From the NCBI GenBank assembly GCA_030141605.1, contig JAQGDQ010002031.1, forward strand, positions 1-17,391: a stretch of 17,391 nucleotides of DNA, given 5' to 3'. This document shows positions 11,568 through 17,391 of the stretch, in pieces (position 1 is the stretch's first letter; every line of letters begins with the position of its first letter). The DNA comes from Tubiluchus corallicola. Its lineage: Eukaryota; Animalia; Priapulida. The notes beneath the pieces were generated by a model. It saw only the letters and a program-made list of their open reading frames with translations. It searched no databases and was not told where the DNA came from. A program made the position numbers and the translations under genes.

Positions 11568-11568
11568 A
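11290..11568 (-). pseudogene. C-terminal fragment of LINE ORF2 (Cys/His zinc-knuckle region)
   Basis: Reading upstream of the listed ORF gives CGFRFESVEHFLLHCPLYQQTRVVMFDKLNEIL...LLKLLLFGKDEFNYVANCKIFQCIHDLILRT. This is the C-x-x-x-x-E-S/T-x-x-H-F-L-L-x-C-P-x-Y ... LLFG ... N-x-x-IF signature of invertebrate LINE ORF2 C-termini. It stops exactly at the TSD. Confidence 0.82.
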
Positions 11569-11649
11569 GAACGTGTTTAATGTGATGGTGATTGGGTTAT
11601 AAATGGTTAAGCATTAAAAAAATGTTTGTCTTGGAAATTTATTAAAAAC

Positions 11650-11953
11650 ATGGTTTTTCATATACTACCCCATTTTCAAGTCAGATAAAAAGTACACATT
11701 TTAACACAATTAATACCGCAAAAGCGTTTCTGATGATTAAATTTTAAATTCAAATCTTAGTCAACGGAGGGGCGAGGTCAACTATTGATGACATCACAAA
11801 CTAACATAATTTTCAACAGCAAAAACATTCCACGAGCGTGTTGACCGTGTTTGTGAAAGCGAAAATTGAAGTACAGTGCTACTGTAAGATATTCAGTATA
11901 TGTGTTGCACTAAAACTAGGCAAGTTTTAACATAAAAATTCAAAATTCAAATT
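11650..11953 (+). repeat. Dispersed ~300-bp repeat, copy 1 (paralog at 14629-14928; partial, piggyBac-interrupted copy at ~8936-9835)
   Basis: Colinear similarity, e.g. tttttcatatactaccccatttt, caaactaacataattttcaacagcaaaaa, gaaagcgaaaattgaagt, ctgtaagatattcagt, ctaaaactagg. Confidence 0.9.
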
Positions 11954-12174
11954 GATCATAATTTGTGATAATAATTCTTTCACGTAAGTCATTTTTGAAA
12001 AAAATAGTAAGTTTCCTTTCAATATTTTAAAGAGTAGATTGTTTTGGCCGGCAGTTTAACATAGGATCCGGTTTTGTTTTCAATGTAAGTCAACTGTTGT
12101 GTAGTTATGTAAAAGGGAGGCTATTTTCCCTGTGTACTGTCAAATTTTATCAAACATTTTAAAGTCACGCACTG

Positions 12175-12250
12175 AGGTCATAGATAAGAACAGCGTGCAC
12201 GTTTTGGTGTAGGTCATAGATAAGAACAACGCGCACGTTTTGATGTAAGT
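12175..12250. repeat. 36-bp tandem duplication
   Basis: aggtcatagataagaacagcgtgcacgttttggtgt occurs at 12175 and a near-identical copy at 12211. Confidence 0.85.
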
Positions 12251-12720
12251 TCAAGCAGATGTTTTACCTGTGGGAATGAAACTGCCTATTAAACACTTGA
12301 GATGGCTTGTTTTGCAAACAGAGATTAGATCTATGGTAAACAAGACGTCATAGATAACGAAGATGGTATAAATTGAACGGCCGGCAAGCGGTTTCGATTG
12401 CTCACTGCGGTGCGGTTAGTTTGTGGAAAATCACGCGATAGGTCGCTCGCGTTTTGGCAACCAAGTGATGGCCAGCCTCAGCAATCGTAATATAGGTTTC
12501 GCTATATATAAGTAATATCAGTAAGTATTTTTATTATTTTTTAATTTTTGAATTTTTATAATTTTACATTACTTTTTTTGTTTTCCTGCGTATTTTTGAG
12601 TACTCGCTTCCACAGTAACCATATAAAGAGGTCGATTTTGCCGTGACGTTGGTCTCGTTTTCCTTGTTTATATAATAAGTTTTTAGTCAGTTTTTATATT
12701 GTGACGTCAGAACAGAGTTA

Positions 12721-12826
12721 AGCTACGACTCCATGTGCGCGTAATGCGTAATGCGTGATGCGTGATGTGGTGATCCATGATGCTTATACAGCAGTTTGTA
12801 TTTGAACATGTAGAAGTGTTTCCATG
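12721..12826. mobile_element. Solo terminal fragment of the neighbouring TIR element
   Basis: tta|agctacgactccatgtgcgcgtaatgcg...gaacatgtagaagtgtttccatg is the reverse complement of the last ~90-100 bp of the element at 13898-13988. Confidence 0.7.
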
Positions 12827-12868
12827 TTGAACGTAAAGTACACTGATGAACATCCACAATACGTCTTA

Positions 12869-13988
12869 AGCTACGACTCCATGTGCGCGTAATGCGTAAT
12901 GCGTGATCTGTGATCTGTAATGCGTGATGCGTATTGACTGTTTCCACGTGTGCGTAAACGCTATGCGTATTAACAAAGCTTACGGCGCTTTTTCCGCCAT
13001 TTTTGGTCGCTATTTGTGAAAGTTACAAGCAATAATTTCTGGAAATCACGTCTCTGTCAAAATTTAAGCTGTGGCATTTGCTTATTATTATACTGTTAGA
13101 TGGAAGAGAAAGCACAGGTTTTGGGTGCACAACATTTTGCTGGAGAGAGAACAATATGGCAGCTATCATTATTTAGTGAAAGAACTGCAGTTAGATGCAT
13201 AACTACATACTTCTCCCACCTCTCAAAAACTTGAACAGAAAAAATATTATTGCTTATAGGTGCTAAAATGACCAAAACTCACCTAACTAGAATTTTCAGA
13301 AAGCTGATGAGAGAAAATGGTCACCGGAAACTTGAGAACGCGCTATAATCACCTAGGCAACGGCAGTTTCCCGTCTGCGTGTTACGTACTACGTAATACA
13401 CGTACTATTACGTCTTACGTACTACACGCATTACGTACACATGAAAGCACTTCTACATGTTTATGTGCAAACTGTTGTACTCGCATTACGCATCACGCAT
13501 TACGCATCCATGAAAGTACTTCTACACGTTTAAGTGCAAACTGTTGTACTCGCATTACGCATCATCGATCACGCATTACGCACACATGAAAGCACTTCTA
13601 GATGTTTAAATGCAAACTGTTGTACTCGCATTACGCATCACAGATCACGCATCACGTATTACGCACACATGAAAGCACTTCTACATGTTTAAGTGCAAAC
13701 TGTTGTACTCGCATTACGCATCACGCATCACGCATTACGTACACAAGGAAACACGTTTACATATTTTAATACAAATTGCTGTATACGCATTACGAAACAC
13801 GCATCACGCATAACGTGCACATGAAAGCACTTCTACATGTTTAAGTGCAAACTGTTGTACTCGCATTACGCATCACACAGATCACGCATCACGTAGACAT
13901 AGAAACACTTCTACATGTTTAAATACAAACTGTTGTATACGCATTACGAATCACGCATCACGCACTACGTACGCATGGAGTCGTACCT
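12869..13988. mobile_element. Non-autonomous TIR element (MITE-like; possibly PIF/Harbinger-type)
   Basis: The left end is tta|agctacgactccatgtgcgcgtaatgcg and the right end is cgcactacgtacgcatggagtcgtacct|tca (imperfect inverted repeat). Subterminal cattacg/catcacg heptamers occur in opposite orientation at the two ends. The family is inferred only from the TTA-like flank. Confidence 0.72.
13430..13975. repeat. Minisatellite of 7 units (69-83 bp) inside the TIR element
   Basis: The core catgaaagcacttctacatgtttaagtgcaaactgttgtactcg starts at 13440, 13509, 13585, 13668, 13744, 13820 and 13898. Length varies mainly by 7-nt sub-repeats. Confidence 0.92.
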
Positions 13989-14348
13989 TCACTCAGTATT
14001 ATGGACCACGGCAACGGTAAATGGTGTTCTAAACGATCTATCCAGGCACTTAAGCAAAAAAATCAATAAATGAATAATCAAATCAAATGCTTCACATTCC
14101 AGACTAGTTTTTACCGATCGTATTATTCTTCAAGTGATCGCGGTTCCGCGTTCGAATCTCACTTGCCCGTTGTCTTCAGTAGCTTAATTATTTCAATTTT
14201 TCTGTGCTGCTGAGCTTGTTAAGTTTTTTAATGCAAAAACCGGCCACAGATGGCGCCAGCATGCAAGTATTTAGCGAAAGTTGAGCTTGATCGGCTAGTG
14301 ATGACAGTGTCCCGATGGACGGTTTTACCTCAGAACGACCACCAGTGA

Positions 14349-14443
14349 CGGCAATGAATTCATACGGCTACGGCAACCGTTCACACGGCCCCGGCAACGG
14401 TTCATACGGCCACGGCAACGGTTCACACGGCCACAGCAACCGT
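14349..14443. repeat. GC-rich 21-bp tandem repeat (~4.5 copies)
   Basis: cggcaacggttcatacggcca-like units. It explains the PWPCEPL repeats of ORF 14368-14604. Confidence 0.88.
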
Positions 14444-14628
14444 GCAGAGCTACCAAAACTGCGTATCACGTGAGCAGATCGTCTAAAAGCTTGAATTTGA
14501 AACGCTTTGTTCGTTCGGCTCGCGTTATATAGGACAGTTGTGTTACATCGGGCAAACTCATGCAGCACGGGGAACATTGGACTTGCAAAAATGGGGTTGC
14601 TCATGTTTCAAGTTTAAAGGAGGACTGG

Positions 14629-14928
14629 ATGATTTTTCATACACTACCCCATTTTGAAGTTCGATAAAAAGTAAACATTTTAGCACAATTGATATTGCAA
14701 AAGTGTTTCTGATAATTAAATAATAGATTAAAAACTTAATTAACGGCTGGCGAGCCTAAGTATTGATGACATCTCAAACTAACATAATTTTCAACAGCAA
14801 AAATATTCCACGAGCATGTTGCACGTGTTTGGGAAAGCGAAAATTGAAGTGCAGTGCTTCTGTAAGATATTCAGTGTGTTGTACTAAAACTAGGTAAGTT
14901 TTGAGATAAAAATATAAATTTCAAATTT
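14629..14928 (+). repeat. Dispersed ~300-bp repeat, copy 2
   Basis: It aligns by eye end-to-end with 11650-11953 in direct orientation. Confidence 0.9.
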
Positions 14929-15097
14929 ACCGCTGTGCTCACGAATGAGCTGTCGAACGTGTGCAGTTCGTTACAAACTAACACATCTGAACTGAGAGGT
15001 ACAGCACCTGTTTTTGTGCAGCCAAAAGAGTTAAACAATTGAATGAAACATAGACAAACAGAACGATAATTAAATAATTTGATAGTGTACTGTTGTT

Positions 15098-15422
15098 ACT
15101 GCATCAATTTCTTTTCTTCAGGTCTGCTTATTCATTACCTAATTGGCTTTTTGTAAATACATAATTAGTGCATAATTTACTGTATCAATTTCTTCTCTAC
15201 AAGTCTGCTTATTCATTACCTAATTGGCTTTTTGTAAATACATAATTAGTGCATAATTTACTGTATCAATTTCTTTACTGGTCTGCTTATTCATTATCTA
15301 TTTGGCTTCTGTTAAATACTTAATTAGTGCGTAATTTATTGTATCAATTTCTTTTCTACAGGTCTGCTTATTCATTACCTATTTGGCCTTTTGTAAATAC
15401 ATAATTAGTGCATAATTTGCTG
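15098..15422. repeat. Tandem repeat of 4 x 78-81 bp
   Basis: The unit actgtatcaatttcttttctacaggtctgcttattcattacctaattggctttttgtaaatacataattagtgcataattt starts at 15098, 15179, 15260 and 15338. Confidence 0.93.
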
Positions 15423-15601
15423 CGGAAAAAGTATACTTTTTAATTTATTGTTAATTCACTTATATAAATTAATATTTTTAAATACTTTTTCGTAATTTTT
15501 AGCTACACAAAGTAGTTTCGGCATTACTTCGTTTCTTATATTTATTAAAAACGTTCGCAGTGCATAGAGTAAGCTGATGACCAATACTTCTATACCTGTA
15601 A

Positions 15602-16237
15602 TATAGGTTTTACACGTCAAATGTAGACATAGGAAAGTTCAAACGTGACTTAGGTAAGTCAAATGTAGACATAGGAATTTCGAATGTGTTTTGGTAACTC
15701 AAATGTGACTTAGGTAAGTCAAATGTAGACGCGGTACTTTGAATAAATCGGTTCCCACTTCCCAATGAACAGTGAATCACTAATTACTTTTTTAAGTAAT
15801 ACATTAGCACTGCATTAATGAATTAGTTTCTCTCAAGAAACATTGCTTATTTTAAGAATGTATTGTTTTCTCTAACAGGTCCAATGGCATGTAAAGTTTG
15901 CAGAATATTAGTGAACCTATAACGTTGTTATTTTAACTTAAGAGCAATGATTAAATTGAAATTAAAGAAGATTAAATTTAACATCCTTAAACTTTACCAC
16001 CTATCCACATTTGAGATACCAATGTCACATTTGACTTGACATGTGTCTACATTTGACTTACCAAAAACACTTAAGATTTCTTGAAAACCATTGTTAACAC
16101 AGAACTACCTAAGTCTACATTTAGTACCAACACATTTGAACTACCTAAGTCTACATTTGAGTTACCAAGACACATTTGAATTACCTAAGTCTACATTTGA
16201 GTTAATGCAGGTCTACATTTGACATGTAAAACCTATA
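15602..16237. mobile_element. MITE (636 bp) with 27-bp terminal inverted repeats and subterminal repeats
   Basis: tataggttttacacgtcaaatgtagac (15602-15628) and gtctacatttgacatgtaaaacctata (16211-16237) differ by one mismatch. Multiple tcaaatgtagac/gtctacatttga motifs lie in mirror orientation near each end. The TSD is TA or TATA (ambiguous). Confidence 0.88.
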
Positions 16238-16764
16238 CTACACCCATACTACACGCATTTGCCATCGTTTTAATGACAGTAGTTTATTTACAGCTAAAAA
16301 TCATGTGGAGAGATTATTGACTTTGTGGAAGCGAACCTAGAGTTACTATTTTAATTAGCACTGTGACCTATTTTACCATGGGATAATGGCACAATGGAAC
16401 AAGGGTTGGTACAGACAGGATCACATGAGTTGAGATCTCAAAGCTGATTTTGGACGTAATACGGCCTGTGTTAGCACCATAAACACAAAATGTCTAACGG
16501 TTTCGAATCTAATTCTGCTTTGGTATAAATTTGTATGGCTATTAATTTAGTTATCTTGTGTCAAGCTAATTTTGACGATTTTCATAATTTGTGCTAAACT
16601 GTGATTAAAACAACCAAAATAAATTCATCAATGCACGATTAAGCCTGGACTGATTAATATGTGACCAACTGTCGAATTCGTCATTGTCGAATAGTTTTGG
16701 CACGTAAAATTTGTATGTGTTAAACTTAAAACAACAAAATTAATTCATCCTTTAAATAAACAGT

Positions 16765-17054
16765 TTTATTCTCAAATACGGAAATTCGACAGAATTGACC
16801 GTAATTATAATTCTCAACTTCACGTGTAACGTGCTGACACCTGTTAATCGATTTGAAAGACAATTTATTAAATTTGACTGCACAGGTTTACTCCTTCCTT
16901 CACGTGTAACGTGCTGACACCTGTTAATCAATTTGAAAGACAATTTATTCTCAAATACGGAAATTCGACAGAATTGATCGTAATTATAATTCTCCCCTTC
17001 ACGTGTAACGTGCTGACACCTGTTAAACAATTTGAAAGACAATTTATTAAATTT
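16765..17054. repeat. Composite tandem repeat (A-B-B-A-B arrangement)
   Basis: A = tttattctcaaatacggaaattcgacagaattga... (two copies). B = cttcacgtgtaacgtgctgacacctgttaa...tttgaaagacaatttatt (three copies). Confidence 0.88.
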
Positions 17055-17239
17055 CACCTTAATAGCAGCAATCATACGGATTAAGGTTTCTTGTAACTCA
17101 CGTAAAATTCTCTGCCCTGTGAATAATGAGTTTTAATTCAAAATGTTTTTGTATAAAAATTAAATTTATAGCAATGAATTGCAAATTTTATTTTGAACAT
17201 TATATGTGGCTATCGAGTCCCAAATATAATCAGATTTCA

Positions 17240-17391
17240 TACGTTGCTGTTAAAAACCTTTTTGAATTCTATATAGTGTGCAAATAAAGATTATTTTCGT
17301 CATATATTTTATATCTTTGTATTGTTTATGTTTGCTGTGGCTATTAAATACCTTTTTGAATATACAGTGTGCAAATAAAGGGTATCTTCGT
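17240..17391. repeat. Short diverged duplication at the window edge
   Basis: acctttttgaat...agtgtgcaaataaag occurs at ~17256-17289 and ~17350-17380. Confidence 0.6.

Noticed and set aside
14135-14165. tRNA gene (gttcgaatc B-box-like)
   Set aside because: No cloverleaf or A-box at the proper spacing was found. It is at most a decayed SINE fragment.
14625-14715. Box C/D snoRNA (ggatgat ... ctga)
   Set aside because: The box C candidate is non-canonical and not conserved in copy 1 (atggttt), and no rRNA guide sequence was recognised.

Overview
This is eukaryotic (invertebrate metazoan-like) genomic DNA, AT-rich and dense in repeats. It is not a prokaryotic locus. Bases ~547-7644 (+) carry six phase-compatible GT-AG coding exons of a CDR2/CDR2L (Drosophila centrocortin-type) coiled-coil dynein-adaptor gene. 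The first coding exon lies upstream of the window, and a 3'UTR exon probably follows at ~8351. Most long ORFs in the supplied track are artefacts of simple repeats. The most unusual feature is intron 5, which is largely a tandem array of the exon-5/intron boundary and holds 19 identical CAG|GTAAGA donor sites. Downstream (~8.9-17.4 kb) is a nested repeat zone. It contains a TTAA-flanked non-autonomous piggyBac whose empty target site survives in paralogous repeat copies, a 5'-truncated LINE with a 12-bp TSD and a 16x74-bp array in its 3'UTR, two TIR elements (MITE-like), several minisatellites, and a twice-repeated ~300-bp unit with conserved splice signals. No CRISPR array, rRNA or intact tRNA was seen. 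All alignments were done by eye, and family assignments come from remembered motifs, not database searches.
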